Below the pieces are notes generated by a model. The model was not told the origin of the DNA and searched no databases. It worked only from the letters and a program-made list of their open reading frames with translations. Below are positions 40,117-52,111 of a stretch of DNA of 64,000 nucleotides, one piece after another. The translations under genes were made by a program, and so were the position numbers. The DNA is taken from positions 37,851-101,850 of the forward strand of contig SHWB01000003.1 of NCBI GenBank assembly GCA_009691025.1, read 5' to 3'. Each line of letters starts with the position of its first letter. The first letter of the stretch is position 1. The DNA comes from Alphaproteobacteria bacterium. GTDB lineage: Bacteria > Pseudomonadota > Alphaproteobacteria > UBA6615.

Positions 40117-41661
40117 ATGAACGACATGGCACTCGGCGAAATCTATACCGGACACGTCTCGACGCGTGCCGATGATGACAATCCGGCGGGAAACCTGCTC
40201 GACGGCGACACCGGCAAGTGGGAAATCGTGGTCGGTCTCGAAGTGCATGCCCAGGTAGCCTCGGAGGCCAAGCTGTTTTCCGGCGCCTCGGCGGCCTTCG
40301 GCGGCGCGCCCAACAGCCATGTCAGCCTGGTCGATGCGGCGATGCCCGGAATGCTGCCGGTGATCAACGCCGAATGCGTGCGCCAGGCCGTGCGTACCGG
40401 GCTGGGGCTGGAAGCGCAGATCAACCTGCGCTCGGTGTTCGACCGCAAGAACTACTTCTATCCGGACCTGCCGGCCGGCTACCAGATCAGCCAGTTCAAA
40501 CAGCCCATCGTCGGCGCCGGCAAGGTCGTCGTCGACATGCCGGACGGCCGCGCCGTGACGGTGGCGATAGAGCGCCTGCATCTGGAGCAGGACGCCGGCA
40601 AGTCGCTGCACGACCAGCAGCCCGGCAAGTCCTACATCGACCTGAACCGAGCCGGCGTGGCGCTGATGGAGATCGTCTCGCGCCCCGACCTGCGTTCGGG
40701 CGACGAGGCGGCGGCCTATCTCGCCAAGCTGCGCACGATCCTGCGCTATATCGGCTCCTGCGACGGCGACATGTCGCAGGGCTCGATGCGCGCCGACGTG
40801 AATGTTTCGGTGCACAAGCCGGGCACGACGCTCGGCACGCGCTGCGAGATCAAGAACGTCAACTCGGTGCGCTTCGTGCGCCAGGCCGTCGAGTACGAGG
40901 CGCGCCGCCAGATCGGTATCCTCGAAGGCGGCGGCACCATCGTGCAGGAGACGCGCCTGTTCGATACCGACCGCGGCGAGACGCGCTTGATGCGCTCCAA
41001 GGAAGAGGCGCACGATTATCGCTACTTCCCCGATCCCGATTTGCTGCCGCTGGTGCTGTCGCAGGGCGATGTCGACGAACTGGCGCGCGGCCTGCCCGAA
41101 CTGCCGGACGCCCGCAAGGCGCGCTTCACGAGCGAATACGGCCTCTCGCCCTATGACGCCACCGTGCTGACCGGCGAGCGAGCGCGCGCCGATTTCTTCG
41201 AGGCCGTCCTCGGTCGCACGGACGGCAAGCCGGCGCGCGACCCCAAGACGGCGTCCAACTGGGTCGCCTCGGAACTGATCGGCCGCCTCAACAAGGACGG
41301 GCGCGAGATCGACGAGAGCCAGGTGACGGCGGCACAGCTCGGCGGCCTGCTCGACCTCATCGCCGACGGCACCATCACCGGACGCATCGCCAAGGACGTG
41401 TTCGACGAGATGTTCGCCACCGGCACCGACGCTGCTGCCATCGTCGAGGCCAATGGCCTGCGCCAGATCGCCGACACGGGCGAGCTGGAGGCGGTGGTCG
41501 AGAAGATCATCGCCGACAACCCGGGCCAGGCCGAGCAGTACCGCGTCGGCAAGACCAGCGTCGCCGGCTGGTTCACCGGCCAGGCGATGAAAGCCACGCG
41601 CGGCAAGGCCAACCCGCAGATCGTCAACGAGATACTGGCGCGGAAGCTGGGTGGCGGTTAA
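40117..41661 (+). CDS. gatB: Asp/Glu-tRNA amidotransferase subunit B
   Basis: 514-aa ORF ..[38 protein letters not shown].. Confidence 0.96.
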   Translation: MNDMALGEIYTGHVSTRADDDNPAGNLLDGDTGKWEIVVGLEVHAQVASEAKLFSGASAAFGGAPNSHVSLVDAAMPGMLPVINAECVRQAVRTGLGLEAQINLRSVFDRKNYFYPDLPAGYQISQFKQPIVGAGKVVVDMPDGRAVTVAIERLHLEQDAGKSLHDQQPGKSYIDLNRAGVALMEIVSRPDLRSGDEAAAYLAKLRTILRYIGSCDGDMSQGSMRADVNVSVHKPGTTLGTRCEIKNVNSVRFVRQAVEYEARRQIGILEGGGTIVQETRLFDTDRGETRLMRSKEEAHDYRYFPDPDLLPLVLSQGDVDELARGLPELPDARKARFTSEYGLSPYDATVLTGERARADFFEAVLGRTDGKPARDPKTASNWVASELIGRLNKDGREIDESQVTAAQLGGLLDLIADGTITGRIAKDVFDEMFATGTDAAAIVEANGLRQIADTGELEAVVEKIIADNPGQAEQYRVGKTSVAGWFTGQAMKATRGKANPQIVNEILARKLGGG

Positions 41662-41692
41662 GGGCTGCGGCACGGTACAGCGGCGCCCGCAT

Positions 41693-41815
41693 CCTCGTCC
41701 TTCGACAGGCTCATGATGAGGATGCTTGGAGCACCGGGGTGGCGGCATCATCGAAATGGTGACGTCGGAGCCAACGTTACCAGTCGTCCTCGTCCTGAAC
41801 CTGTCGAAGGACGGG
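41693..41815. repeat. REP-like elements (family 1), two arms
   Basis: cctcgtccttcgacaggctcatgatgagg (41693-41721) and cctcgtcctgaacctgtcgaaggacggg (41788-41815). They explain the spurious N-terminal extension of ORF 41726..43186. Confidence 0.55.
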
Positions 41816-41947
41816 GGCGCCGCACAGGACGGTGACAAAAGTACCGGTTCGCCCAATGAGCACCCTTCGCCGCCCGCCCTTTACGCCGCCCACCGGCGCC
41901 GGCACATTGCCCCACTGGGGCGGCGCGGACCGCCGGGAGGATACGCT

Positions 41948-43186
41948 ATGGCTTCGGACGTCTGGATCGTCGGCGTCGGCATGACGCATTTCGGCCGCCA
42001 CCCCGACCGCTCGGTCAAGGATCTGACGCGCGAAGCGGTGAATGCGGCGCTGGCGGATGCCGGGGCCTCGGCCGCCGACATCGAGGCTGCGTGGTTCGCC
42101 AATGTCGCCCAGAGCATCCTCGAGGGCCAGGCCTGCGTGCCTGGCGAGATCGCGCTGCGCTCCATGGGCATCGGCGGCATCCCGGTGGTCAATGTCGAGA
42201 ATGCCTGCGCCAGCGCCTCGACCGCGCTAGACGCGGCGGCGACATGGCTGGACGCCGGGCGCGGCGGCATCGCGCTCGCCGTCGGCGTCGAGAAGATGTT
42301 CCTCGACGACAAGAAGAAGATGATGAGCGTCTTCGACGCCGGCTGGGACGTCTACGACGTGCCGGCGACGACGCGACGCCTGCTGGCGATGGGCGAGGGG
42401 CTGGAGCCGCCGGCCGACGAGCAGGACGATCCGGGCCTGCACAGCGTGTTCATGGATGTATACGCCTCGCTGGCGCGCCACCACATGCGCATCAACGGCA
42501 CGACGCGCGAGCAGATCGCCGCCGTCGCCGCCAAGAACCACGTCCATTCGCAGCACAACCCCCTGTCGCAGTACCGCATGCCGATGACGGTAGAGGAGGT
42601 GCTGGCGGCGCGCCGCATCGCCTGGCCGCTGACGCTGCCGATGTGCTCGCCGATCTCCGATGGCGCGGCAGCGGCTATCGTCGTGCGCGGCGACATGCTC
42701 GACCGCTTCGACCGCAAGCGCGCGGTGCGCATCCACGCCACGGCGCTGATGAGCGGCACCGACCGCGGGCCGGACGAAGCGGAAAAGCACATCACCCGCC
42801 GCGCCGCGCTCGCCGCCTACAATCGCGCCGGACTAGGCCCGGAGGACATGTCGGTCGCCGAGGTCCACGACGCCACGGCCTTCGCCGAGATCCTGCAGGT
42901 CGAGAATCTCGGCTTCTGCAAACTGGGCGAAGGCGGGCCGCTCACCCTGTCGGGCGCCACGCGGCTCGGCGGGCGCATCCCGGTCAACCCCTCGGGCGGG
43001 CTCGAATCCAGGGGCCACCCTGTGGGTGCCACGGGTCTTGCGCAGGTCTACGAACTGACGACGCAGTTGCGCGGCGAGGCAGGGGCACGGCAAGCGCCGG
43101 GCGCACGTTTCGCCATCGCGGAGAATGGCGGCGGCTTCCACGGCATCGAGGAAGCGGCCGCCTGCGTCACCATACTCGGCCGTTGA
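41948..43186 (+). CDS. thiolase-like protein (SCP-x / lipid-transfer type)
   Basis: ATG at 41948: MASDVWIVGVGMTHFGRHPDRSVKDLTREAV..VNVENACASASTAL..NPSGGLESRGHPVGATG.. Confidence 0.85.
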   Translation: MASDVWIVGVGMTHFGRHPDRSVKDLTREAVNAALADAGASAADIEAAWFANVAQSILEGQACVPGEIALRSMGIGGIPVVNVENACASASTALDAAATWLDAGRGGIALAVGVEKMFLDDKKKMMSVFDAGWDVYDVPATTRRLLAMGEGLEPPADEQDDPGLHSVFMDVYASLARHHMRINGTTREQIAAVAAKNHVHSQHNPLSQYRMPMTVEEVLAARRIAWPLTLPMCSPISDGAAAAIVVRGDMLDRFDRKRAVRIHATALMSGTDRGPDEAEKHITRRAALAAYNRAGLGPEDMSVAEVHDATAFAEILQVENLGFCKLGEGGPLTLSGATRLGGRIPVNPSGGLESRGHPVGATGLAQVYELTTQLRGEAGARQAPGARFAIAENGGGFHGIEEAAACVTILGR

Positions 43187-43205
43187 ACCGGAGTCGTTTG
43201 CTGCC

Positions 43206-44762
<1,557 letters not shown>

Positions 44763-44773
44763 GCATTTTTTTT

Positions 44774-44960
44774 CCTCGCCCTGTGGGAGATGGCTTCCCG
44801 CCTTGGCGAGCGACAGCGAGCCGTAGACGGTAAGGGTGAGGGGTTACGCGGGTGATTTTCCTGCACCGACCGTAACCCCTCACCCTTCCGCCGTAGGTGT
44901 CTCGGTCGCTTCTCGTCCTGTGACGCCAACGACGTAAGCCCTCTCCCTATGGGAGAATGG
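44774..44960. repeat. composite palindromic repeat (family 3) between the two synthetase genes
   Basis: Imperfect ~42-bp inverted repeat (44807-44848 versus 44871-44915, core GGTAAGGGTGAGGGGTTACG / CGTAACCCCTCACCCTTCC). It is flanked by the direct repeats cctgtgggagatgg (44780-44793) and cctatgggagaatgg (44946-44960). Confidence 0.5.
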
Positions 44961-44984
44961 ATTATTCGGCGGAGAGGCCCTACC

Positions 44985-46541
44985 ATGCGCGCCATCGACT
45001 TCTTCGACCGGGGCTGCCTGCTCGATCCGAACCGCGCCTTACTCGTCGATGGCGACAGCCGGAGGACCTACCGCGAGGCGCAGGTTCTGTCGCACCGCAT
45101 CGGCCTCGGGCTGCAGGCGGCGGGCATGGGGCAGGGCGACAAGGTCGCGGTCTACTGCCCCAACGACATGCGCGCCTTCGACTGCATTCTCGGCCTGCTG
45201 CGCGGCGGCGGCACCTGGGTGCCGCTCAACGCGCGCAATGCCGTGCCAGAGAACGCCTACATCCTCGACAATTGCGATGTGACGGTCCTATTCTACCACT
45301 CCTCCTTCGAGGAGGCGGTCGCGGTATTCCGCGAGAAATGCCCGAAGATCGGGCACTACATCTGCATCGACGCGAATGGCAATGCCGGCCCGTGGCTCGA
45401 GGATTTCATCGCGGGACACGCTGGCGAGGTGCCGTTCGTGCGGGAAAACCCCGACGATCTCTGGGCGCTGATGTCGTCGGGTGGCACGACCGGGCGCCCC
45501 AAGGGCATCCAGCTCAGCAATCTCGTCTTCGAGACGATGACGATGAGCATGCTCGCCCACATGCCGGCGAAGAAGCCGCCGGTGCACCTCGTCGCAGCGC
45601 CGATGACGCATGCGGCCGGTGGCATCATGTCGGTGCTGATGGCCATCGGCACGACCAACGTGATGATGCCGGGCGTCAAGTTTCCCGACCTGATGCAGAA
45701 CATCGAACGGCACGGCGTGTCCTACCTGTTCCTGCCGCCGACGGCGATCTACGGCGCCCTTGCGCAGCCCGATGTGCGCAAATACGACTATTCCTCGATG
45801 GAGTATTTCATATACGGAGCGGCGCCTATGTCGGTCGACAAGCTGCGCGAGTCGATCGATGTCTTCGGCCCCTGCATGGCCCAGCTCTACGGCCAGACCG
45901 AGGCGCCGGCCTTCTGCACCTTCCTCTCGCCGCAGGAGCATGTCGAGGCGCTGGCGCCGGGCGGCAAGGCGCAGCGGCTCTACTCCTGCGGCCGGCCGAC
46001 GCTCAACGTGCCGGTGGAAATTCTAGACGACGACGCTGCCATCGTGCCGCACGGAGAGCGCGGCGAAATCTGCGTGCGCGGCAACCTCGTCATGAAAGGG
46101 TACTACAAGAACAAGCAGGCCACCGACGAGGTCTCGGCGCCAGGCGGTTGGCACCGCACCGGCGACATCGGATACCAGGACGAGGATGGTTACATCTATA
46201 TCGTCGACCGCAAGAAGGACATGATCATCTCCGGCGGATTCAACATCTACCCCTCGGAGATCGAGCAGGTGGTCTGGGGCCATCCCGCCGTTCAGGACTG
46301 CGCCGTCGTCGGCGTGCCCGACGAGAAATGGGGCGAGGCGGTGAAGGCGGTCGTCGAGCTGAAGCCGGGTGCCACGGCGACCGCCGACGAGATCGTCGCC
46401 CTGTGCAAGCGCGAGCTGGGCTCGGTAAAGGCGCCCAAATCGGTCGAGATCTGGGAGCAACTGCCGCGCAGCGCCGTCGGCAAGGTGCTCAAGAAGGATA
46501 TCCGCGCGAAATTCTGGGCCGGCCAGCCGCGGCAGGTGTGA
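44985..46541 (+). CDS. AMP-dependent acyl-CoA synthetase/ligase (copy 2, tandem paralogue)
   Basis: ATG at 44985: MRAIDFFDRGCLLDPNRAL..SSGGTTGRPKGI..GWHRTGDIGYQDEDGYIYIVDRKKDMIISGGFNIYP..; collinear with copy 1 over its full length. Confidence 0.88.
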   Translation: MRAIDFFDRGCLLDPNRALLVDGDSRRTYREAQVLSHRIGLGLQAAGMGQGDKVAVYCPNDMRAFDCILGLLRGGGTWVPLNARNAVPENAYILDNCDVTVLFYHSSFEEAVAVFREKCPKIGHYICIDANGNAGPWLEDFIAGHAGEVPFVRENPDDLWALMSSGGTTGRPKGIQLSNLVFETMTMSMLAHMPAKKPPVHLVAAPMTHAAGGIMSVLMAIGTTNVMMPGVKFPDLMQNIERHGVSYLFLPPTAIYGALAQPDVRKYDYSSMEYFIYGAAPMSVDKLRESIDVFGPCMAQLYGQTEAPAFCTFLSPQEHVEALAPGGKAQRLYSCGRPTLNVPVEILDDDAAIVPHGERGEICVRGNLVMKGYYKNKQATDEVSAPGGWHRTGDIGYQDEDGYIYIVDRKKDMIISGGFNIYPSEIEQVVWGHPAVQDCAVVGVPDEKWGEAVKAVVELKPGATATADEIVALCKRELGSVKAPKSVEIWEQLPRSAVGKVLKKDIRAKFWAGQPRQV

Positions 46542-46558
46542 GTTGCCGCATTCATAAA

Positions 46559-46693
46559 CCCTCTCCGCCCCTCGGGGCGGAGAGGGCAGGGTGAGGTGGA
46601 GGACTACCGACGTATTCGGCGCGGCGTGTTTGCGGCGGGTAGCGCCCCCACCTCACCCCGCCCTCTCCGCCCCCAAGCAGGGGGCAGAGAGGG
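46559..46693. repeat. nested palindromic repeats (family 3)
   Basis: CCCTCTCCGCCCC-tcg-GGGGCGGAGAGGG (46559-46586). CAGGGTGAGGTGG (46587-46599) pairs with CCCACCTCACCCCG (46647-46660). CCCTCTCCGCCCCC-aagca-GGGGGCAGAGAGGG (46661-46693). Confidence 0.5.
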
Positions 46694-46771
46694 AGATGTA
46701 TCGAGCCGTCCTGGGGTAGTGAGAAGACCGACCCGCCCGCGCGCTTCACTCGGGGAGAGACGCCGGTGCCT

Positions 46772-47569
46772 TTACGGCGCCTGCCGCTCGTAGACCGCGC
46801 TGGCGACGCCGATCAGCTTGTCGCGCTTGGCCTTGCCGATCAGCGCGTAGCCTAGCGGCCCTTCGAGCCAGTAGAAGGCCGTATAGCCGCCATCCTCTAC
46901 GACGCGGAACTGCGTCGTGTCGTTGGTGCGGTTGGTACGGATGTACAGCGTCAGGCGCTCGCCGTCGGCCGTCGGCCGTCTCGTACATGAACTGCGCGCC
47001 GGGCCTGTCTGCGCCGGCAGCAGGCGACCGCCGACCAGCTTCCACCCGGCATTCGCTAGATCTGGCGCGTTGGCCTTGTTCACCAGCCGGCGCGACAGCA
47101 AGTTGATGAGATGGGCTTCCTCGGCGCGCACCTCGACTGGGTGGCGGACATCGACCGAGTAGACACGGTGCGCCATCACCGCCTCTCGCGCCAGCACGGC
47201 GAGCTGCGGAGCGGTGCCGTCGCCGTAACGCTCGTGGACGAACCAGCCGGCAACGCCTCCGGCGAGCAGCAGGGCGGTTGGCACGGCGGCGCTCAGGGCC
47301 AGCCCGGCCACCCGCGGTCGGGCGCCGTGCAGATTCGCCGGGCGCAGGCGCGTCGGTACCGGTTCGGCCGATACACGGTCGAACAGCGCGTGTAGCGCCT
47401 CGTTCTGTCGCCGCCAAGCCTCCACTTCCGCGGCCGCCTATGGGTCGCGGGCAAGATGGGTCTCGACGGCGTCGCGTCGCTTGGGCGCCGCCGCCGTCGC
47501 CATGGCCAGCAGGCCCTGCACGAGGGTGAAAAGAACCGTCGCTCCCGTATAGCCGGGTAGCGTGCGCAT
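46772..47569 (-). pseudogene. anti-sigma factor family protein with in-frame amber codon; no adjacent ECF sigma gene
   Basis: ATG at 47569: MRTLPGYTGATVLFTLVQGLLAMATAAAPKRRDAVETHLARDP*AAAEVEAWRRQNEALHALFDRV.., continuing as ORF 46772..47425 (TM segment GLALSAAVPTALLLAGGVAGWFV, periplasmic domain). TAG at 47438-47440. Confidence 0.62.
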
Positions 47570-47615
47570 GGGGTGAGGGCGGCCACCGGCCCAGGGCGGG
47601 GCCGGCGGCGGCCGG

Positions 47616-48488
47616 TCAGCGCTTTGTCTTCGTCGCCGGCTTCTTGCGCGGGCGCAGCAGGAAGCCGACGGGCCGGCCGATGCGGCTGGCTTCCGAGGCC
47701 GACGCCTTCTTCTCGTTCCAGTCCTGGGCGTCGTAGCGCATGCCGTTGACGCCGTTGCTGGCGGGCGAGGCGAGCCAGACCACCGGAGCCATCATCTTCT
47801 CCGGCGCCATCAGCATCGGCTTCTTCATGGCGCGGCTCTTTTCGCGCATCTCGTCGGCCATGCCGGGCGTGTCGGCGCCGCCGCCGGGATTGAGGATGTT
47901 GACCGTCACGCCGGTGCCGGCGACGTCCTGTGCCCAGTTGTCCGAGGCCTGCTCCAGCGCGGCCTTGGACGGGCCGTAGGGCGACGACCACGGGAAGCGC
48001 ATGGTGCTGAGCTTGGTGGTGACGTTGATGACGCGACCCCAGCCCTTGTCGAGCATGGCCGGCACGGCACGGCGCGCCAGCCGGTCGGCGCCGAGGAAGT
48101 TAACGCCGACGACATTCTCGATGATGTCGTCCTTGTGCTCCCAGAAATGCGGCTTCTCCGCCTTCCGATAGAGGTCTGGCCAGATATAGGTGAAGGTCAG
48201 GCCGGCATTGTTGACGAGGATGTCGGCAGGGCCGAAGGCTTTCCTGGTCGCCGCGATCAGCCCGTCGCACTCGGCGCTGCTGCGCACGTCCATACGGTGG
48301 GTGACGAGTAGGCCGGCCGTGCCGAGCTTTTTGTGCGCCGCCTTGACCTCGGCGAAATCGGTATCGATATGCGCCGCACAGACCACGTTCGCGCCCGCTT
48401 CCGCGAGAGCCAGCACCATCGCCCGCCCGAGACCGCGGCCGCCGCCGGTGACGATGGCGACCTTCCCGGCGAGAATACATTCTGCCAT
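47616..48488 (-). CDS. SDR family oxidoreductase with basic C-terminal tail
   Basis: 290-aa ORF ..GKVAIVTGGGRGLGRAM..NNAG..YGPSKAAL..; Rossmann TGxxxGxG and YxxxK motifs. Confidence 0.85.
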   Translation of the reverse strand: MAECILAGKVAIVTGGGRGLGRAMVLALAEAGANVVCAAHIDTDFAEVKAAHKKLGTAGLLVTHRMDVRSSAECDGLIAATRKAFGPADILVNNAGLTFTYIWPDLYRKAEKPHFWEHKDDIIENVVGVNFLGADRLARRAVPAMLDKGWGRVINVTTKLSTMRFPWSSPYGPSKAALEQASDNWAQDVAGTGVTVNILNPGGGADTPGMADEMREKSRAMKKPMLMAPEKMMAPVVWLASPASNGVNGMRYDAQDWNEKKASASEASRIGRPVGFLLRPRKKPATKTKR

Positions 48489-48516
48489 TTCCCCTGCTCC
48501 GTTAATCGCGCGCAGC

Positions 48517-49248
48517 TCAACCGCCGAGATAGTAGGTCTTCACCATGTCGTTCTCGCGCAGGGCGGCCGCGCTCTTGCCTTCGAATACGATCTCGCCGTG
48601 CACGATTATGTAGCCGCGATCGGCGATCTTGATCGCCTGGTTGAAGTTTTGTTCGGCCATCAGCACGGTGAGGTTGTTCTGGGCCTTGAGTTCCTTGATC
48701 TGCTGGATGACGCGTGAGACGAGGATCGGGGCTAGGCCGACCGACGGTTCGTCGACCAGCAGGATGCGCGGCGCCGACATCAGCGCGCGCGCGATGGCCA
48801 GCATCTGCTGCTCGCCGCCGCTCATCGACCCGGCGAGCTGCGAGCGCCGCTCCTTGAGGCGCGGAAAGGCCGTATACGCCATCTCGATGTTGCTCGCCAG
48901 CGCCGCGCGCGCCGCCGGCCGGAAGGCGCCGAGGAACAAATTCTCCTCGACCGTCAGCTTGGGAAACAGCCGGCGGCCCTCGGGCACCATGGCGATGCCG
49001 AGATTGACGATCTCCTCGGTCGTCTTGCCGATGAGGTCGGTGCACTGGCCGTCGACCTCGATCCAGATCGCGCCCTTGCTCGGCCGCACCAGCCCCATGA
49101 CGGCCTTGATGAGCGTGCTCTTGCCGTTGCCGTTGGTGCCGAGCAGGGCCACCGTCTCGCCGGGCTCGACCGTCACCGACACGTTGTGCAGGACGCTGAC
49201 GGCGCCGTAGCCGGCGTCGACGCCCTCGATGACCAGCTTATTCGCCAA
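48517..49248 (-). CDS. branched-chain amino acid-type ABC transporter ATP-binding protein (LivF-like)
   Basis: 243-aa ORF ..LLGTNGNGKSTL..LSGGEQQMLAIARAL..LLVDEPS.. Confidence 0.9.
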   Translation of the reverse strand: MANKLVIEGVDAGYGAVSVLHNVSVTVEPGETVALLGTNGNGKSTLIKAVMGLVRPSKGAIWIEVDGQCTDLIGKTTEEIVNLGIAMVPEGRRLFPKLTVEENLFLGAFRPAARAALASNIEMAYTAFPRLKERRSQLAGSMSGGEQQMLAIARALMSAPRILLVDEPSVGLAPILVSRVIQQIKELKAQNNLTVLMAEQNFNQAIKIADRGYIIVHGEIVFEGKSAAALRENDMVKTYYLGG

Positions 49249-49987
49249 GGTAGGCCCTCTCCACGTTCGGGTCCTTCACGATCAGGTCGGGCGTCGCCTC
49301 GGCGATCTTCTTGCCGGCGTCGAGGCAGACCACGCGCTGGGAGAAGCGCATCACCGCCCGCATGATGTGCTCGATCATGACGATGGTGATGCCGTGCTGC
49401 TCGTTGAGGCGGAACAGGATGTCGAGGATCTCGTCGACCTCGGAGTTCGACAGCCCGGCCATCGCCTCGTCGGAAATCAGCAGCTTCGGCTTCGCCGCCA
49501 TGGCGCGGGCCAGTTCGAGCTTGCGCAGCTCGATCTGCGTCAGGCCTGAGGAGGGCGCGCTGGCCTTGTCGGCCATGCCCATCTCGGTGAGGATCGCCAT
49601 GGCGCCCTCGCGCACCGCCTTCGCCTCGGCATCGGGGCTGGCGTGGCGATGGCCGCGCAGGGCCACGTACTCGAACGGAATGGCCAGGTTCTCCAGCACC
49701 GTCATCGACGTGAACGGGCGCGGAATCTGGAAGCTGCGGCAGATGCCGAGACGGGTCCGCTGGTGCGGCGCCATTCCAGCCATGTCGGTGCCGTCGAAGG
49801 TGATCGTGCCGCCGTCGTTCTTGAGCGCGCCGGAGATGCAGTTGATGAGCGTCGTCTTGCCCGATCCGTTGGGACCGATCAGGCCGAACCGTTCACCCTT
49901 CTTCACGTCGACCGAAACCTGGTCGAGGGCGGTGAAGCCGCCGAACGTCTTCACCACGCCCGAGCACTGGAGCAGGACATCGCTCAT
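49238..49987 (-). CDS. branched-chain amino acid-type ABC transporter ATP-binding protein (LivG-like)
   Basis: 249-aa ORF ..LIGPNGSGKTTL..ICRSFQIPRPF..LLISDEAMAGL.. Confidence 0.9.
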   Translation of the reverse strand: MSDVLLQCSGVVKTFGGFTALDQVSVDVKKGERFGLIGPNGSGKTTLINCISGALKNDGGTITFDGTDMAGMAPHQRTRLGICRSFQIPRPFTSMTVLENLAIPFEYVALRGHRHASPDAEAKAVREGAMAILTEMGMADKASAPSSGLTQIELRKLELARAMAAKPKLLISDEAMAGLSNSEVDEILDILFRLNEQHGITIVMIEHIMRAVMRFSQRVVCLDAGKKIAEATPDLIVKDPNVERAYLGE

Positions 49988-50949
49988 CGGCTCTTCCTGT
50001 TGCCAAGGTACTTGCGCGCTAGCCCAACGAAGCCGTCCGGCGCGGCGATGACGAAGAACACCAGAAGGACGCCGACGATCAGCAGGTTCATTTCAGAGGA
50101 GATCGTCACGCGCGCCACTTCCTGCGCCGTGCCTAGGACGACGGCGCCGAGCAGCGGCCCGATCCAGGTCGTAGCGCCACCGATCATCGGCATGGCCAGC
50201 GCGTTGACCGCGTAGACCAGGTTGAACGCCGAGACCGGCTCGATGTAGTTTACGTAGTAGGGCAGGGGAGCGCCGGCGACGCCGAACAGGAAGCCTGACA
50301 CCGTGCAGCCGATCAGCTTCAGCTTCAGCGTTGGCACGCCCATGCATTCGGCCGCCTCCTCGTTGTCGCGGATGGCCGCGAGGCCGCGGCCGATCCACGA
50401 GCGCTCTATGTAGCGGGCGACGGCGAGCGAGGCGATCGCCAGGATGGCCATGAGGACGAAGAGGAACTCGCCCCAGGTGGAGAAGATCGGCACCGTCTGC
50501 GGCGGCAGGATAGAAGCGCCCCTAGCGCCGCCGACGAAGTGCCAGTTGGTCACCAGCGTCTGCAGCACCACGGCGAGCGCCAGTGTGGCGATCGAGAAAT
50601 ACACGCCGCGCAGGCGCAGGGTGAGGTATCCGGTACCGAGGCCGATGACCGCCGCAACGACGCCGCCGAGTGGCAGCATGACGAAAATCATGTAGTCCGG
50701 CACCTGGAACAGCGGGAACAGCTTGTAGATGAACACGGCGCTGTAGGCGCCGATGGCGAAGAAGCCGGCGCTGCCGAAATTCACATAGCCGCCATAGCCG
50801 CCAAGGATGTTCCAGGCCGTCGCCAGCACGACGAACTGCAGCACCGTGTAAGCCGTGCGCAGGTAGAACTCGTTGGTGACGACGTGCGGCGTGAGCAGCG
50901 CGACGACGAGCGCGACGGCGACCCCGATCCAGAAGACGGATATTTTCAC
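49984..50949 (-). CDS. ABC transporter permease (LivM-like)
   Basis: 321-aa polytopic ORF ..LGGYGGYVNFGSAGFFAIGAY.. Confidence 0.88.
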   Translation of the reverse strand: MKISVFWIGVAVALVVALLTPHVVTNEFYLRTAYTVLQFVVLATAWNILGGYGGYVNFGSAGFFAIGAYSAVFIYKLFPLFQVPDYMIFVMLPLGGVVAAVIGLGTGYLTLRLRGVYFSIATLALAVVLQTLVTNWHFVGGARGASILPPQTVPIFSTWGEFLFVLMAILAIASLAVARYIERSWIGRGLAAIRDNEEAAECMGVPTLKLKLIGCTVSGFLFGVAGAPLPYYVNYIEPVSAFNLVYAVNALAMPMIGGATTWIGPLLGAVVLGTAQEVARVTISSEMNLLIVGVLLVFFVIAAPDGFVGLARKYLGNRKSR

Positions 50950-50952
50950 GGC

Positions 50953-51825
50953 TCACCTACCGAAGAGACCGGCCGGACGCACGCCGAGCACCAGCAGCAG
51001 GATGCCGAAGGATACAGCGGGCGACCAGGACGGTCCGAAGAAGGTCTGCACGAAGCTCTCGGCGACACCGAGGATGATGGCGGCATAGACGGTGCCGCTG
51101 ATCGAGCCTAGCCCGGCGAGCACCACGATGGCGAACACCTGGCCGATGTAGAGGCGGCCGACCGACGGCTCGACGGGCAAGATGATGATCAGCAGCGCGC
51201 CGGCCATCGCCGTCGTGGCGAGGCTGATGCCGAAGGCGAGCTGCTTGATCTTGACCGGATCGGCGGCCATCAGCTGCAGCGCCAGCCGGTCCTGCGCCAC
51301 GGCCTTGATGGCGCGGCCGGTGAACGTCTTCGACAGGTACAGGATCAGCGCGATGGCCATCGTCATCGACACAACGAACGGCACCAGCATGCGCAGCGGC
51401 AAGTCGAGGACGCCGATCTCGATCTTCGGCCCGACATAGATCGCATCGACCGAGCGGTAGTCGACGCCGTAGACGATGATCAGCGCGACCTCGACGATGA
51501 ACAGCACTCCGAAGAAGAAGGCTAGGCCGCGCAACGCCTCGGCGCCGCGCTTCTCGAAGCTCTCGTAGTAGATGCGGTAGACCAGCATGCCCAGACCGAA
51601 GAACACCGGCATGAACAACAGCCCGGTGAGGATCGGATCGAGGCCGATCCATTTGCCCATCATGTAGGCGATGTAGGAGCCGAGGATGATGAAGGCCGGA
51701 TGCGCGATGTTGACGACGTCGAGCAGGCCGAACGAGACCTGCAGGCCGAGGCTGATCGCGGCGTAGAAGCCCCCGAGCAGGATGCCGATCACGATCGCGT
51801 TGATCAAAAGCTCGAAGCTGAACAC
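50953..51825 (-). CDS. ABC transporter permease (LivH-like)
   Basis: GTG at 51825 in ORF 50953..52407: (M)FSFELLINAIVIGILLGGFYAAISLGLQVSFGLLDVVNIAHPAF..; the upstream part of the ORF is non-coding leader. Confidence 0.85.
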   Translation of the reverse strand: MFSFELLINAIVIGILLGGFYAAISLGLQVSFGLLDVVNIAHPAFIILGSYIAYMMGKWIGLDPILTGLLFMPVFFGLGMLVYRIYYESFEKRGAEALRGLAFFFGVLFIVEVALIIVYGVDYRSVDAIYVGPKIEIGVLDLPLRMLVPFVVSMTMAIALILYLSKTFTGRAIKAVAQDRLALQLMAADPVKIKQLAFGISLATTAMAGALLIIILPVEPSVGRLYIGQVFAIVVLAGLGSISGTVYAAIILGVAESFVQTFFGPSWSPAVSFGILLLVLGVRPAGLFGR

Positions 51826-52111
51826 GTGACTTCCGCTCCTGTCTGCGTCCGCCGCCGCCGCCTCACCTTCCCCAAGCAATTGCGTCTGGTGTCGACGGCG
51901 CGAGAACGATATGACGATGATCAGGCCACTTCGACGATCGTAGGGGTTCTTGCGGCGCGGAAGCGGGCGTCGCGGTACGTGCGTTGCCTCCGGTCGCCGG
52001 CGTGGCGAACCGCGGACATTGCTGCACGACCGCTCCGTGCATTCCGTCCTCCCTCGTGCGGGCTGCACACCATGCGCGATCTGGTCGCGTGACCTTTGCA
52101 GTCTTTGTCCA

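Noticed and set aside
41726-41947. The 74-codon N-terminal extension of the thiolase ORF (MEHRGGGIIEMVTSEPTLPVVLVLNLSKDGG..)
   Set aside because: It is translated from REP family 1 elements in the gatB-thiolase spacer. The conserved thiolase N-terminus begins at the ATG at 41948.
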